This document shows, piece by piece, positions 19,405 to 30,297 of a stretch of 64,000 nucleotides of DNA; position 1 is the stretch's first letter, and each line of letters begins with the position of its first letter. Origin of the DNA: Alphaproteobacteria bacterium (GTDB taxonomy: Bacteria; Pseudomonadota; Alphaproteobacteria; VGDZ01). Where the stretch lies: assembly GCA_016869515.1 (NCBI GenBank), contig VGDZ01000010.1, forward strand, positions 238 through 64,237. The letters run 5' to 3'. The notes under the pieces were generated by a model. That model did no database searches. It saw only the letters and a list, made by a program, of their open reading frames with translations, and was not told the origin of the DNA. A program made the position numbers and the translations under genes.

Positions 19405-20550
19405 ATGGGCGGGCTGATCGATCTGTCGGGCGATTTCGCCTACACGCTGGCGGCGTTCCTGGTGGTGCTGACGGTGCTGGTGTTCGTCCACGAGCTGGGT
19501 CATTACCTGGCGGCGCGGCGCTGCGACATCCGGGTCGAGGTATTCTCGATCGGCTTCGGACCCGAGATCTGGGGGTTCGACGACCGTCACGGCACGCGCT
19601 GGCGGCTGTCCTGGATCCCGATCGGCGGCTACGTCAAGTTCTTCGGCGATGCCGACGCGGCGTCGATGCCGGGCGAAACCGGCGCGCTGAACGAAGCCGA
19701 GCGCGCGGTGGCCTTTCCCTGCAAGACGGTCGGACAGCGCGCCTTCGTCGTCGTCGCCGGACCCTTGGCCAATCTGGTTTTCGCCGCCGTGGTCTATGCC
19801 GGGCTGGCGCTGAGCCTGGGGGTGGCCTTCACGCCGCCGGTGGTGGGCGAGGTCCAGCCCGACAGCGCCGCCGCCGCCGCCGGCCTGCGGTCGGGCGACC
19901 GGGTGCTGAGCGCGGGCGGCTCGAGCATCGAGCGCTTCCAGGATCTGCAGCGCGTGGTGCGCTTGCGGCCGGGCGAGACGCTGGCGTTCGAGATCGAGCG
20001 CGAGGGCACGCGTCGGTCGCTGACCGCCACGATCGGCCGGCGCACGCTGGTCGATCGCTGGGGCAACAAATCCGACATCGGGCTGCTGGGCATCAGCCAG
20101 GCCGGCGTCGAGATCCGTCGGCTCGGACCGGTGGCGGCGCTGTGGCACGGTGCGATGGAGACCTGGCATACCGGCGGCGCCATCATGACCGCCATCGGCC
20201 AGATGTTCGCCGGCACGCGGCCGCTCGACGAATTGGGCGGGCCGCTTCGCATCGCGCACATCTCGGGCGAGATGGCCAAGAGCGGGTTCGCCGCCTTGGT
20301 CGCCTTTGTCGGCTACATGTCGGTCAGTCTCGGCCTGATCAACCTGTTTCCGGTGCCATTGCTCGATGGCGGCCATCTCGCCGCCTACGCCATCGAGGCG
20401 GTACGGGGTCGCGCCCTGTCGCTGCGGGCGCAGGAGATCGCCGCCCGCATCGGCCTCGGCTTGGTGCTGGCGCTGTTCGTGCTCGGCACCTGGAACGACC
20501 GCTACGTGCTGCGCCTGATCGCCGACGCTTTGGGGAGCCTGTTCTCGTGA
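19405..20550 (+). CDS. rseP: RIP metalloprotease RseP
   Basis: HELGH, PDZ domain, NLFPVPLLDGG. Confidence 0.96.
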   Translation: MGGLIDLSGDFAYTLAAFLVVLTVLVFVHELGHYLAARRCDIRVEVFSIGFGPEIWGFDDRHGTRWRLSWIPIGGYVKFFGDADAASMPGETGALNEAERAVAFPCKTVGQRAFVVVAGPLANLVFAAVVYAGLALSLGVAFTPPVVGEVQPDSAAAAAGLRSGDRVLSAGGSSIERFQDLQRVVRLRPGETLAFEIEREGTRRSLTATIGRRTLVDRWGNKSDIGLLGISQAGVEIRRLGPVAALWHGAMETWHTGGAIMTAIGQMFAGTRPLDELGGPLRIAHISGEMAKSGFAALVAFVGYMSVSLGLINLFPVPLLDGGHLAAYAIEAVRGRALSLRAQEIAARIGLGLVLALFVLGTWNDRYVLRLIADALGSLFS

Positions 20551-22796
20551 GGTGGGCGAGCGTTTTCGCGCTGTGGCTGTGGGCAGTGGCCGCCTTCGGC
20601 CAGGGCTTCACCATCCGCGAGGTGCGGGTCGAGGGCAACCAGCGCATCGATCCCGAGACCGTGCGCTCCTACATGGCGCTGGGCGCGGGCGAACCGATCG
20701 ATGCCGACAAGGTCGACCGTTCGCTCAAGGCGCTGTTCGCCACCCAATTGTTCGCCGATGTCGCCATCCGCCGCGAGGGGCCCGACCTGGTGGTGAGGGT
20801 GGTCGAGAACCCGGTCATCAACCGCATCGCTTTCGAGGGCAACCGGCGGTTCGAAAGCAAGGTGCTCGAGGCCGAGATCCAGCTGCGGGCGCGCGTGGTC
20901 TACACCCGCACCCGCGTCCAGGCCGACGTGCAGCGGCTGCTGCAAATGTACCGCCGCAACGGCCGTTTCGCCGCCGCGGTCGAACCCAAGATCGTGCAGT
21001 TGCCGCAGAACCGGGTCGACCTGGTGTTCGAGATCGTCGAGGGCGAACCCACCGGCATCCGCCGCATCAACTTCATCGGCAACCGCCGCTTCGCCGATGC
21101 CAAGCTGCGCGACATCGTCCAGACCCGCGAATCCCGCTGGTACCGGATCTTCACCACCGACGACATCTACGACCCCGACCGGCTGACGGTCGATCGCGAG
21201 GAGCTGCGCCGCTACTACCTGTCGAAGGGCCACGCCGATTTCCGGGTGCTGGCGGCCTATGCCGAACTCTCGCCCGACCGGCGCGATTTCTTCATCACCT
21301 TCGCGCTCGAGGAGGGCGAGATCTACCGCTTCGGCGACGTCCGCGTGGTGAGCGAGATCCGCGCCCTACCGGCCGAGGACGTGGTGGCGGCGGTGACGAC
21401 GCTGCAGGGCGAGACCTACGATGCCGACGAGGTCGAACGCTCGGTGCAGGCGCTGACCACCGAAGTCGGCTCGCGCGGCTATGCCTTCGCCGACGTTCGG
21501 CCCGAGATCAAGCGCGATCGCGAGCGCCGCATCATCGACGTGGTCTATCGCATCGGCGAGGGCCAGCGCATCTACGTCGAGCGGATCGACATCACCGGCA
21601 ACGTCCGCACGCTCGATCGCGTGGTGCGGCGCGAATTCCGGCTGGCCGAGGGCGACGCCTTCAACGCCGCCAAGCTGCGGCGATCGCGCCAGCGCGTCAT
21701 CGGCCTGGGCTACTTCGAACGGGTCGAGGTCCGCAACGTGCGCGGCAGCGCGCCCGACAAGACCGTGGTCGCGATCGACGTGCGCGAGAAGTCGACCGGC
21801 GAGCTGTCGATCGGGCTGGGCTTCTCGACCGCCGACGGCCTGCTGGGCGAGATCGGCATTCGCGAACGCAACCTGCTCGGCACCGGCCGCGACATGCGGC
21901 TGGGATACACGCTCTCCTCCCGCCGTACCCAGGCGGATTTCGCCCTGATCGAGCCCTATTTCATGGACCGCAACATGGCGATGAGCTTCGAGCTGATGGA
22001 TCGCGAGCGCAACCGTCAGCGCGAGGCTTCGTTCGACGATCGCACCCAGCTGGGACGGGTGCGCACCAACTACCCGTTGACCGAATTCCTGTCGCAGGGG
22101 TTCGGCTACACCCTGCGTACCGACACCATCGAGAATGTCGGCACCAACGCCTCGCGCTTCGTCAAGCGACAGCAGGGCTCGTTCACCTCGTCCGAAATCG
22201 GCCACGTCATCACCTACGATCGGCGCGACAACCGCATCGATCCGACCGACGGCTACTACATTCGCTTCGCCCAGGAATATGCCGGGCTGGGCGGCGACAT
22301 CAACCTGGTGCGGCTGACCTCGGACTACAGCTTCTATTATCCGGTCGGCGACGATTCCACCGCCGCCCTGCTGCTGTCCGAAGGCATGGTCTTCGGGTTG
22401 GGCGAGAACGTGCGCATCCCGCAACGCTTCTATCTCGGCGGCAACTCGTTCCGCGGCTTCCGTTCCGCCGGCATCGGTCCGCGCGACCAGGCCACCAGCG
22501 ACGCGCTCGGCGGCACCATGTTCTACACCGCCAGCGGCGAATATCGCTTCCCGCTGGGTTTCCCGAAGGAACTGGGCGTGCTCGGCCGCAGCTTCGTCGA
22601 CGTAGGTTCGCTGGCGAAGTCGGACGAAAGCGGCACTGGCATCCTCGACACCGGCGATCCGCGGGTCTCGGCCGGGGTCGGCATGACCTGGAAGACGCCG
22701 CTGGGGCCGTTGGCGATCGATCTCGGTTGGGCCCTGGTCAAGGAACCCTTCGATCGCACCGAGATCCTGCGCATCAGCTTCGGCACGCGGTTCTGA
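20547..22796 (+). CDS. bamA: Outer membrane protein assembly factor BamA
   Basis: POTRA repeats (VEGNQRI...), FRGF loop, C-terminal FGTRF; GTG start overlaps rseP stop. Confidence 0.97.
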   Translation: MRWASVFALWLWAVAAFGQGFTIREVRVEGNQRIDPETVRSYMALGAGEPIDADKVDRSLKALFATQLFADVAIRREGPDLVVRVVENPVINRIAFEGNRRFESKVLEAEIQLRARVVYTRTRVQADVQRLLQMYRRNGRFAAAVEPKIVQLPQNRVDLVFEIVEGEPTGIRRINFIGNRRFADAKLRDIVQTRESRWYRIFTTDDIYDPDRLTVDREELRRYYLSKGHADFRVLAAYAELSPDRRDFFITFALEEGEIYRFGDVRVVSEIRALPAEDVVAAVTTLQGETYDADEVERSVQALTTEVGSRGYAFADVRPEIKRDRERRIIDVVYRIGEGQRIYVERIDITGNVRTLDRVVRREFRLAEGDAFNAAKLRRSRQRVIGLGYFERVEVRNVRGSAPDKTVVAIDVREKSTGELSIGLGFSTADGLLGEIGIRERNLLGTGRDMRLGYTLSSRRTQADFALIEPYFMDRNMAMSFELMDRERNRQREASFDDRTQLGRVRTNYPLTEFLSQGFGYTLRTDTIENVGTNASRFVKRQQGSFTSSEIGHVITYDRRDNRIDPTDGYYIRFAQEYAGLGGDINLVRLTSDYSFYYPVGDDSTAALLLSEGMVFGLGENVRIPQRFYLGGNSFRGFRSAGIGPRDQATSDALGGTMFYTASGEYRFPLGFPKELGVLGRSFVDVGSLAKSDESGTGILDTGDPRVSAGVGMTWKTPLGPLAIDLGWALVKEPFDRTEILRISFGTRF

Positions 22797-22891
22797 GCGG
22801 TCGGCTCCTGGCGTTTTCGGGCATGGCCTGCTAGATCAGGCGCGCTTGCGACGGAAGCATGTCGCGGCGGGATCGGTGGAAGGAGTACGCC

Positions 22892-23431
22892 ATGAAGGCA
22901 GCTTGGGCGGCAGGTTTGGCGCTGTGGGTGTCGGCCGGCGCGGCGCTGGCGCAAGGATTGCCGCCGGCGGTGATCGCCGTGGTCGACACCAGTTTTCTGG
23001 TTCGCGAGTCGCTGGCCGGCAAGGACATCCAGACGCAGATGGATCGGTTTCGTGGCGCCATTCAGGCCGAGGTGCAGAAGGACGAGGAGTCCTTGCGCGC
23101 CCAGGAACAGGAGCTGGCGCGCCAGCGCACCGTGCTGACGCCCGATGCCTTCGCCGAACGCCAGCGCGCCTTCCAGCAGCGCTATGGCGAACTGCAGCGC
23201 CGCCTCCAGGAGCGCATGCGCGGCCTGGAGCGCGTCCAGGTGGCGGCGCGCGACCAGTTCAGCCGCGCCGTGTTCGAGGCGGTGACGCCGATGTCGCAAA
23301 GCCGCGGCTTCAATGTCGTGCTGGAAAAGAACCAGATTCCCTGGGCGCGGGCCGAGCTCGACATCACCCCGCAGGTGATGGAGGAGCTCAACCGCCGCAC
23401 GCCCAAGATCGCCGTTCCCCGGCCGGAATAA
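22892..23431 (+). CDS. skp: OmpH/Skp periplasmic chaperone
   Basis: Signal peptide, IAVVD, coiled coil, LDIT..V..LN; sits between bamA and lpxD. Confidence 0.88.
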   Translation: MKAAWAAGLALWVSAGAALAQGLPPAVIAVVDTSFLVRESLAGKDIQTQMDRFRGAIQAEVQKDEESLRAQEQELARQRTVLTPDAFAERQRAFQQRYGELQRRLQERMRGLERVQVAARDQFSRAVFEAVTPMSQSRGFNVVLEKNQIPWARAELDITPQVMEELNRRTPKIAVPRPE

Positions 23432-23443
23432 AGCGGGCGCGGC

Positions 23444-24475
23444 ATGGCGGATCCGCGATTCTTCGTCCGCTCGGGACCGTTCGCGCTGGGCGCCTTGGCC
23501 GAGCGCGTCGGCGCAAGGCTGGCTGAAGGCGTCGATCCGGCGCGCATGGTGGTCGATGTGGCGCCGCTCGATCGGGCCGGCCCCGGCGACATCAGCTTTG
23601 TCGACAATCCCAAATATCTCGAGGCGCTGGCCACCACCAAGGCCGGCGCCGTGATCCTGTCCGAACGCCATGCGGCGCGCGCGCCCTTGGGCTCGGCGCG
23701 GATGCTGAGCGCGGCACCCTATTTGGCCTATGCCCGCATCGCCCAGGCGTTCTATCCGGCGCCGCGTCCCGAGCCCGGCATCTCGGCCGGCGCGCATGTC
23801 GATCCTTCGGCGCGATTGGGCGAGGGGGCGGCGGTGGCCGCAGGCGCGGTGATCGAGCGCGGCGTCGAGATCGGTCCGCGCTGCGTCATCGGCGCCGGGG
23901 CGACGCTGGCGCCTGAGGTGCGGCTGGGCGCCGATTGCCGCATCGGCGCCGGCGTTCACTTGGCCTATTGCCTGATCGGCGATCGCGTCACCATTCATCA
24001 AGGGACTTGCGTCGGTCAGGACGGTTTCGGCTTCGCGCCCGATCCCAAGGGGCACGTCAAGGTGCCCCAACTCGGGCGCGTGCTGATCGGCGACGATTGC
24101 GAGATCGGCGCCAACGTCACGATCGATCGCGGCGCCGGACCCGATACCGAGATCGGCGCCGGCAGTTGGATCGACAATCTGGTGCAGATCGGACATAACG
24201 TCCGCCTCGGGCGCGGCTGCATCCTGATCGCGCAAAGCGGCATCGCCGGATCGACCGTGCTGGGCGATTTCGCGGTGGTGGCGGCCCAGGCCGGGCTCAC
24301 CGGCCATTTGCGCATCGGCGCCGGCGCCCAGATCGCGGGCCAGGCCGGCGTGATGCGCGACGTGCCGCCCGGCGCCAAGATGGGCGGCAGCCCAGCGGTG
24401 CCGATCCGCGACTGGCACCGCCAAACCCTGGCGCTGGAGAAACTGGCCAAGGGGCGTCAAGAGGAGGACCCATGA
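23444..24475 (+). CDS. lpxD: UDP-3-O-acylglucosamine N-acyltransferase
   Basis: Hexapeptide repeats, [23 protein letters not shown]. Confidence 0.97.
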   Translation: MADPRFFVRSGPFALGALAERVGARLAEGVDPARMVVDVAPLDRAGPGDISFVDNPKYLEALATTKAGAVILSERHAARAPLGSARMLSAAPYLAYARIAQAFYPAPRPEPGISAGAHVDPSARLGEGAAVAAGAVIERGVEIGPRCVIGAGATLAPEVRLGADCRIGAGVHLAYCLIGDRVTIHQGTCVGQDGFGFAPDPKGHVKVPQLGRVLIGDDCEIGANVTIDRGAGPDTEIGAGSWIDNLVQIGHNVRLGRGCILIAQSGIAGSTVLGDFAVVAAQAGLTGHLRIGAGAQIAGQAGVMRDVPPGAKMGGSPAVPIRDWHRQTLALEKLAKGRQEEDP

Positions 24476-24942
24476 CCGAGACCGCGCCTGCCGCGGCGAC
24501 CATCGAGGCCGCCGACATCCTGCGCATCCTCAAGATGATCCCGCACCGCTATCCGATGCTGATGGTCGACCGCGTCGTCGACATGGTGGCCGGAGAGTCG
24601 GCGGTCGGGGTGAAGAACGTGTCGTTCAACGAACCCCATTTCCAGGGCCACTTTCCCGACCGGCCGATCATGCCCGGGGTGATGATCGTCGAGGCCATGG
24701 CGCAGACCGCGGCCGTGCTGGTGGTGGCGACGCTGGGCGGGGCATCCGAGGGCAAGCTGGTCTACTTCATGAGCATCGACCATGCGCGCTTCCGGCGGCC
24801 GGTGACGCCCGGCGACACCATGCGCATCCACGTCAAGCGCGAGCACAGCCGCGGCAATGTCTGGCGCTTCTCGGCCGAGGCCAAGGTCGAGGGCAAGACC
24901 GTGGCCGAGGCCACCTTCACCGCTATGATCGCGGAGCGCTAG
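24472..24942 (+). CDS. fabZ: 3-hydroxyacyl-ACP dehydratase
   Basis: [30 protein letters not shown]. Confidence 0.98.
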   Translation: MTETAPAAATIEAADILRILKMIPHRYPMLMVDRVVDMVAGESAVGVKNVSFNEPHFQGHFPDRPIMPGVMIVEAMAQTAAVLVVATLGGASEGKLVYFMSIDHARFRRPVTPGDTMRIHVKREHSRGNVWRFSAEAKVEGKTVAEATFTAMIAER

Positions 24943-24946
24943 GCCG

Positions 24947-25747
24947 ATGGCCCGCATCCATCCCACCGCCGTGGTCGAGGCCGGCGCCGAGATCGACGCC
25001 GCCGCCACGATCGGTCCCTATTGCGTGGTCGGCAAGGGCGCTAGGTTGGCGGCCGGCGTCGAACTCAAATCGCATGTCGTCGTCGCCGGCCGCACCGCCA
25101 TCGGCGAAGGCACGGTGATCTTCCCCTTCGCCTCGATCGGCCATCAGCCGCAGGACCTCAAATACGCCGGCGAAGATTCGATCCTGACGATCGGCAAGCG
25201 CAACGTCATCCGCGAACACGTCACCATGAACCCCGGCACCAAGGGCGACCATCTCGAAACCCGGGTCGGCGACGACGGCTTGTTCATGGCCGGCAGCCAT
25301 GTCGCCCATGACTGCGTGGTCGGCAATCACGTCGTGCTGGCCAACCATGCCGCGATTGCCGGTCATGTGCGGGTCGACGACCACGCCATCCTGGGCGGTC
25401 TTTCGGCGGTGCATCAGTTCGTGCGCATCGGCAAGCACGCCATGATCGGCGGCATGTCGGGGGTCGACAACGATGTCATCCCGTTCGGGCTGGCGATCGG
25501 CAATCGCGCCGGGCTGATGGGCCTCAATGTCGTCGGGCTCAAGCGCCGCGGCTTCTCGCGCGAGGAGATCCACGACCTGCGCGCGGCCTATCGGCTGCTG
25601 TTCGCCGAGGAAGGCACGCTGCAGGAGCGGGTCGACGACGTCGCCGAGATGTTCAAGGCCTCGGCGGTGGTCGGCGACATCGTCGCCTTCATCCGCGCCG
25701 ACACCAGCCGCTCGATCTGCCAGCCGCGCGCCGAACGTGCCCCCTAG
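24947..25747 (+). CDS. lpxA: UDP-N-acetylglucosamine acyltransferase
   Basis: [33 protein letters not shown]. Confidence 0.98.
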   Translation: MARIHPTAVVEAGAEIDAAATIGPYCVVGKGARLAAGVELKSHVVVAGRTAIGEGTVIFPFASIGHQPQDLKYAGEDSILTIGKRNVIREHVTMNPGTKGDHLETRVGDDGLFMAGSHVAHDCVVGNHVVLANHAAIAGHVRVDDHAILGGLSAVHQFVRIGKHAMIGGMSGVDNDVIPFGLAIGNRAGLMGLNVVGLKRRGFSREEIHDLRAAYRLLFAEEGTLQERVDDVAEMFKASAVVGDIVAFIRADTSRSICQPRAERAP

Positions 25748-26564
25748 GCTGGGCATCCTGGCCGGGTCGGGTCCGCTGCCCGGATTGCTGCTCGAAGCCG
25801 GACGCGCCCAGGGCCGCGATCCCTTCATTGTCGCCTTCGAGGGCTTTGCCGACGATCCGCGGCTGTTCCAGGCGCCGCATGCGCGCGTCAACTTGACCCA
25901 AGTCGGCAAACTGTTCGAAGCCTTGCGCGGCGCCGGTTGCGCCGAAATCGTGCTGTGCGGGCGGCTGGCGCGCCCGGCATGGCGCGAGATTCGGCCCGAC
26001 TGGAAAGGCTTGACGCTGCTGCCCAAGCTGGTCGCGGCGCAGGGCGGGGACGATGCGCTGCTGCGGGTGATCGTCGCCGAATTCGAGGCCGAGGGCTTCG
26101 GCGTCCTCGGCGCCGATCAGATCTTGGCCGAACTGGCGGCGCCGGCGGGCGCGCTGGGGACCCGGCAGCCGGACGACCAAGCCAAGGCCGACATCGCCCG
26201 TGCGGTGGCGCTGTTGCGCGGGCTGGGCCGTTTCGACGTCGGCCAGGGCGCCATTGTCCAGCAAGGCCGGGTGCTGGGAATCGAGGCGGCCGAGGGTACG
26301 GACGGGTTGATCCGGCGTTGCGGCGCATTGCGCCAGCCGGGGCCAGGCGGGGTATTGGTGAAACTCAGGAAGCCGGGCCAGGAGCGACGCGTCGATCTGC
26401 CGACCATCGGCGTCGATACGGTGCGCGAAGCGGCCGCGGCCGGGCTGGCCGGGATCGCGGTCGAGGCCGGCGGCGCGCTGGTGGTCGACCGCCCGGGCGT
26501 CGCGCGCGCGGCCGACGAGAGCGGCCTGTTCGTGATCGGCATCGCGGCCGAGAGCGATGGCTGA
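25737..26564 (+). CDS. lpxI: UDP-2,3-diacylglucosamine diphosphatase LpxI
   Basis: [35 protein letters not shown]; between lpxA and lpxB. Confidence 0.93.
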   Translation: MPPRLGILAGSGPLPGLLLEAGRAQGRDPFIVAFEGFADDPRLFQAPHARVNLTQVGKLFEALRGAGCAEIVLCGRLARPAWREIRPDWKGLTLLPKLVAAQGGDDALLRVIVAEFEAEGFGVLGADQILAELAAPAGALGTRQPDDQAKADIARAVALLRGLGRFDVGQGAIVQQGRVLGIEAAEGTDGLIRRCGALRQPGPGGVLVKLRKPGQERRVDLPTIGVDTVREAAAAGLAGIAVEAGGALVVDRPGVARAADESGLFVIGIAAESDG

Positions 26565-27723
26565 GGCCGGCCTGACCGTCATGCTGGTGGCGGGCGAGCC
26601 CTCGGGCGATGTGCTCGGCGCCCGGCTGATGGCGGCGCTCAAGCTGCGGACCATGGGCCGGGTGCGCTTCATCGGCGTCGGCGGCCCGCTGATGGCGGGG
26701 CAGGGACTCGCCAGCCTGTTTCCGTTTTCGGAATTGGCGGTGGTCGGCATCGCCGAGGTGCTGCCGCGGCTGTTCAATCTGCTGCGCCGCATGCGCCAGA
26801 CCGCGGCGCTGGCGAAGCGCGAGCGCCCGGACGTGGTGGTCACCATCGACGTGCCGGGCTTCAGCTTCGAAGTGGCGATGCTGCTCAGGGGCGCGGGCAT
26901 TCCGCTGGTGCATTACGTCGCGCCGACGGTATGGGCCTGGCGGCCGGGGCGGGCCAAGCGCATCGCCCGCTATTACGATCATCTCCTGGCCTTGTTGCCG
27001 TTCGAGCCGCCTTATTTCGAACGGGTCGGCCTGGGCGCCAGCTTCGTCGGCCATCCCGTGGTCGAAAGCGGGGCCGGACGCGGCCAGGGCGCGATCTTCC
27101 GCCTGCGCCACGGCATCGCCGAAACGACTCCGCTTTTGACCGTGCTGCCGGGCAGCCGGCGGGGCGAGATCGCGCGGCTGGCGGAGCCCTTCGGCGGCGC
27201 GCTGGCCATGCTGAAGGAGCGCTTTCCCGGGCTGACGGCGGCGGTGCCGACCGTGCCGGCGGTGGCGGAGCAGGCCCGTGCCGTCGCTGCGTCCTGGCCG
27301 GTGCCGAGCATCGTGATCGAGGACGAGCGCGAAAAATACGACGCCTTTGCCGCCTCGCGCGCCGCGCTGGCGGCCTCGGGAACGGTGGCGCTGGAACTGG
27401 CGCTGGCGCGATTGCCGGCCGTGGTCGCCTATCGCATCAATTGGTTGACTCATCTGATCGTGCGCGCGGTGGTCAAGGTCAAGTACGCCAACCTGGTCAA
27501 TCTGATCCTGGACCGGCCGGTTGTGCCGGAACTGCTGCAGGCCGATTGCGTGCCGGAACGCTTGGCCGAGGCGGTGGCGGCGCTTATGATCGAGGGCGAG
27601 GAGCGGGCGGCGCAACTGGAAGTGGGCGAGCGCATGGCGGAATTGCTGCGGCCGGGCGATCAGCCGCCCAGCCTGAGCGCCGCCGACACGGTGCTGAAGA
27701 TCGCGCAAAGGAGCAAAGGATGA
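26557..27723 (+). CDS. lpxB: Lipid A disaccharide synthase
   Basis: AGEPSGD, YVAPTVWAWR, LPGSR..E, SGT..LELA. Confidence 0.97.
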   Translation: MAEAGLTVMLVAGEPSGDVLGARLMAALKLRTMGRVRFIGVGGPLMAGQGLASLFPFSELAVVGIAEVLPRLFNLLRRMRQTAALAKRERPDVVVTIDVPGFSFEVAMLLRGAGIPLVHYVAPTVWAWRPGRAKRIARYYDHLLALLPFEPPYFERVGLGASFVGHPVVESGAGRGQGAIFRLRHGIAETTPLLTVLPGSRRGEIARLAEPFGGALAMLKERFPGLTAAVPTVPAVAEQARAVAASWPVPSIVIEDEREKYDAFAASRAALAASGTVALELALARLPAVVAYRINWLTHLIVRAVVKVKYANLVNLILDRPVVPELLQADCVPERLAEAVAALMIEGEERAAQLEVGERMAELLRPGDQPPSLSAADTVLKIAQRSKG

Positions 27724-28127
27724 ACGCCGAAACCGGCCGCTTCCGCATGCTGCATACCATGCTGCGGGTGCTGGATCTCGACAAGTCGATCGATTTCTAC
27801 ACCCGGCTGTTGGGCATGAGCGTGCTCAGGCGCAAGGATTTTCCGTCCGGCCGCTTCACCCTGGCCTTCGTCGGCTACGGCGAGGAGACCGCGGCCACGG
27901 TGATCGAACTGACCCACAACTGGGATCAGAAGGAGCCCTACACCATCGGCTCGGGCTACGGCCACATCGCCATCGGCGTACCCGACATCCACGCCACCTG
28001 CGATCGCCTGGCCAAGGACGGGGTCAAGATCCCGCGGCCGCCGGGACCGATGAAGCATGGCGGGTCCGTGATCGCCTTCATCGAAGATCCCGACGGCTAC
28101 CGGATCGAGTTGATCGAACGCGCCTGA
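27720..28127 (+). CDS. gloA: Lactoylglutathione lyase (glyoxalase I)
   Basis: LHTMLRV.DL.KS..FYT, IELTHNW, GYGHIAI, DPDGY.IELI. Confidence 0.96.
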   Translation: MNAETGRFRMLHTMLRVLDLDKSIDFYTRLLGMSVLRRKDFPSGRFTLAFVGYGEETAATVIELTHNWDQKEPYTIGSGYGHIAIGVPDIHATCDRLAKDGVKIPRPPGPMKHGGSVIAFIEDPDGYRIELIERA

Positions 28128-28145
28128 AACCTCCGTCGGCCTGGT

Positions 28146-28568
28146 TCAACCGCGGCGCATCATGCCCATGCGCCGCTGACCCTGACGGGCGACCAAATCG
28201 TCGGCCAGCTTCTTCTGATCGTCGGACAGCGCGGCATAAAGCGGCCTGAAGGCCTCGGCGAAACGCTTGACGCCGGCCGAGTGGGCATCGGCCATCTCGG
28301 CCCGCAATTCCAGGCGCCGCAGCGCGTCCATCTTGTCGCGTTCGGCGATCGACTTCTCCATCACCGCCCGCGCCGCGGTATTGCCTTGGCGCATGGCGTC
28401 CTCGACCTTGGCCCACAGCGCCTGCTGTTCGGGCTTGATGTCGAGCAGGGTCTTCATGTAGGCGATGCGGCCCTCGAAATGGCGCGGGCTGGGCAGTTCG
28501 GTCTGGGCGAGAGCCAGGGCCGGGACGAGGCCGGCGAGGAACAGGACGGCTTGCAGGATCGAGCGCAT
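28146..28568 (-). CDS. Spy/CpxP-family (LTXXQ-like) periplasmic protein
   Basis: Signal peptide; L.IKPEQ...W, F.PLYAALSDDQKK.AD. Confidence 0.8.
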   Translation of the reverse strand: MRSILQAVLFLAGLVPALALAQTELPSPRHFEGRIAYMKTLLDIKPEQQALWAKVEDAMRQGNTAARAVMEKSIAERDKMDALRRLELRAEMADAHSAGVKRFAEAFRPLYAALSDDQKKLADDLVARQGQRRMGMMRRG

Positions 28569-28620
28569 GATTCACCTCCGCTGATTTGTACGCGGCGGCG
28601 CGCCGAACCCTGCGCCGGCC

Positions 28621-28815
28621 TCAAACTCCGGAAAAATAGACTGCCGCCAGCGCCGCCAGGGCGGCCAGGAACAACAGCCTGCGCAGGCGCGGGCCGAACG
28701 GCGCCTGGTTGTCGTTGGCGGCCAGGGGCGGACGCTGGCCGAAGGCGCGGCCGACGCGCGGCAACGCCAACCCCCGCGTCAGGTGCCTTGTGCGGCGTTC
28801 GGCCGGTTCCGACAT
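28621..28815 (-). CDS. Small membrane protein with AANDN motif
   Basis: 64-aa ORF filling the gltA-spy gap; AAGGA upstream; C-terminal hydrophobic helix preceded by RLRR. Confidence 0.6.
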   Translation of the reverse strand: MSEPAERRTRHLTRGLALPRVGRAFGQRPPLAANDNQAPFGPRLRRLLFLAALAALAAVYFSGV

Positions 28816-28837
28816 CGCGCCCCGATCCTTGCCGCCG

Positions 28838-30151
28838 CTAGCCGCGCTTGGCCATCGGCACGAAGTCGCGCTGCTTGCTGCCGGTAAAGAGCTGGCGCGG
28901 ACGGCCGATCTTCTGCGCCGGGTCGGCGATCATCTCGTTCCACTGCGCCACCCAGCCGACGGTGCGGGCAAGCGCGAACAGGACGGTGAACATCGACATC
29001 GGGAAGCCCATCGCCCGCAGGATGATGCCGGAGTAGAAGTCGACATTGGGATAGAGCTTGCGCTTGACGAAATAGTCGTCCTCGCGGGCGATGCGCTCGA
29101 GCTCCATCGCCAGTTTGAGCAAGGGCTCGTTTTGGACGCCGAGCGCTTCCAGCACTTCCTGGCACGACTTGCGCAGCACGGCCGCGCGCGGGTCGAAGTT
29201 CTTGTAGACCCGATGCCCGAAGCCCATCAGCCGGACGTTGGAGTTCTTGTCCTTCACCTGACGCAGGAATTCGGACACCTTGTCGACCGAGCCGATCTCC
29301 ATCAGCATTTCCAGCACCGCCTGGTTGGCGCCGCCATGCGCCGGGCCCCACAGGCTGGCGATGCCGGCGGCGATGCAGGCGAAGGGATTGGCGCCCGAGG
29401 ACGAAGCCAGGCGCACGGTCGAGGTCGAGGCGTTCTGCTCGTGATCGGCGTGGAGGATGAAGATCTTGTCCATGGCGTCGGCCAGGACCTTGTTGACCTT
29501 GTAGTCCTCGGCCGGCACGCCGAAGGTCATGCGCAGGAAGTTCTCGGCGTATTTGAGGTCGTTGCGCGGGTACATGAAGGGCTGGCCGACCGAATACTTG
29601 TAGGCCATCGCCGCCAGCGTCGGCATCTTGGCCACCAGCCGGTGGCTGGCGACCATGCGCTGGTGCGGATCGTTGATGTCGGTCGAGTCGTGATAGAAGG
29701 CCGACATCGCGCCGACCACGCCGCACATCACCGCCATGGGATGGGCGTCGCGGCGGAAGCCGCGGAACAGCCACGCCATCTGCTCGTGCACCATCGAGTG
29801 ATAGGTGATGTTGTGTTCGAAGGTCTTGCGCTGGGCGGCGTTGGGCAGTTCGCCATGCATCAGCAGGTAGGACACTTCGATGAAGTCCGACTTCTCGGCC
29901 AGCTGCTCGATCGGATAGCCGCGATAGAGCAGGATGCCGGCGTCGCCGTCGATGTAGGTGATGCGGGATTCGCAGCTTGCGGTCGACATGAAGCCGGGAT
30001 CGTAGGTGAACATCCCGGAATCGCCGTAGAGCTTGCGGATGTCGAACACGCGCGGCCCGATCGTGCCCTCCATCACCGGCATTTCGTAGGACTTGCCGGT
30101 GGCGTTGTCGGTGATGGTGACGGTGTTCTTTTTCTTGCCCGAATCGGACAT
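28838..30151 (-). CDS. gltA: Citrate synthase (type II)
   Basis: [39 protein letters not shown]. Confidence 0.99.
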   Translation of the reverse strand: MSDSGKKKNTVTITDNATGKSYEMPVMEGTIGPRVFDIRKLYGDSGMFTYDPGFMSTASCESRITYIDGDAGILLYRGYPIEQLAEKSDFIEVSYLLMHGELPNAAQRKTFEHNITYHSMVHEQMAWLFRGFRRDAHPMAVMCGVVGAMSAFYHDSTDINDPHQRMVASHRLVAKMPTLAAMAYKYSVGQPFMYPRNDLKYAENFLRMTFGVPAEDYKVNKVLADAMDKIFILHADHEQNASTSTVRLASSSGANPFACIAAGIASLWGPAHGGANQAVLEMLMEIGSVDKVSEFLRQVKDKNSNVRLMGFGHRVYKNFDPRAAVLRKSCQEVLEALGVQNEPLLKLAMELERIAREDDYFVKRKLYPNVDFYSGIILRAMGFPMSMFTVLFALARTVGWVAQWNEMIADPAQKIGRPRQLFTGSKQRDFVPMAKRG

Positions 30152-30297
30152 GGAGTGACCTCGCTCGAAATTGGCGCAGGTGGCCAGGAACCCCAAGTAT
30201 AACCCAAAGACCCGCCGCCGAAAGGAGCCATAGGCGGAACCCCGTAGCGGTCGCGCAAACTAGGAAAAGCACGACCCGGATGCGATGATGAAAGCCG

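Noticed and set aside
18663-20546. Long N-terminal extension of BamA (likewise ORF-track extensions of gltX, petC, apt, frr, dxr, gloA and the ABC permease)
   Set aside because: Extensions overlap upstream genes in another frame; real starts are at coupled start codons with signal peptides or family N-termini
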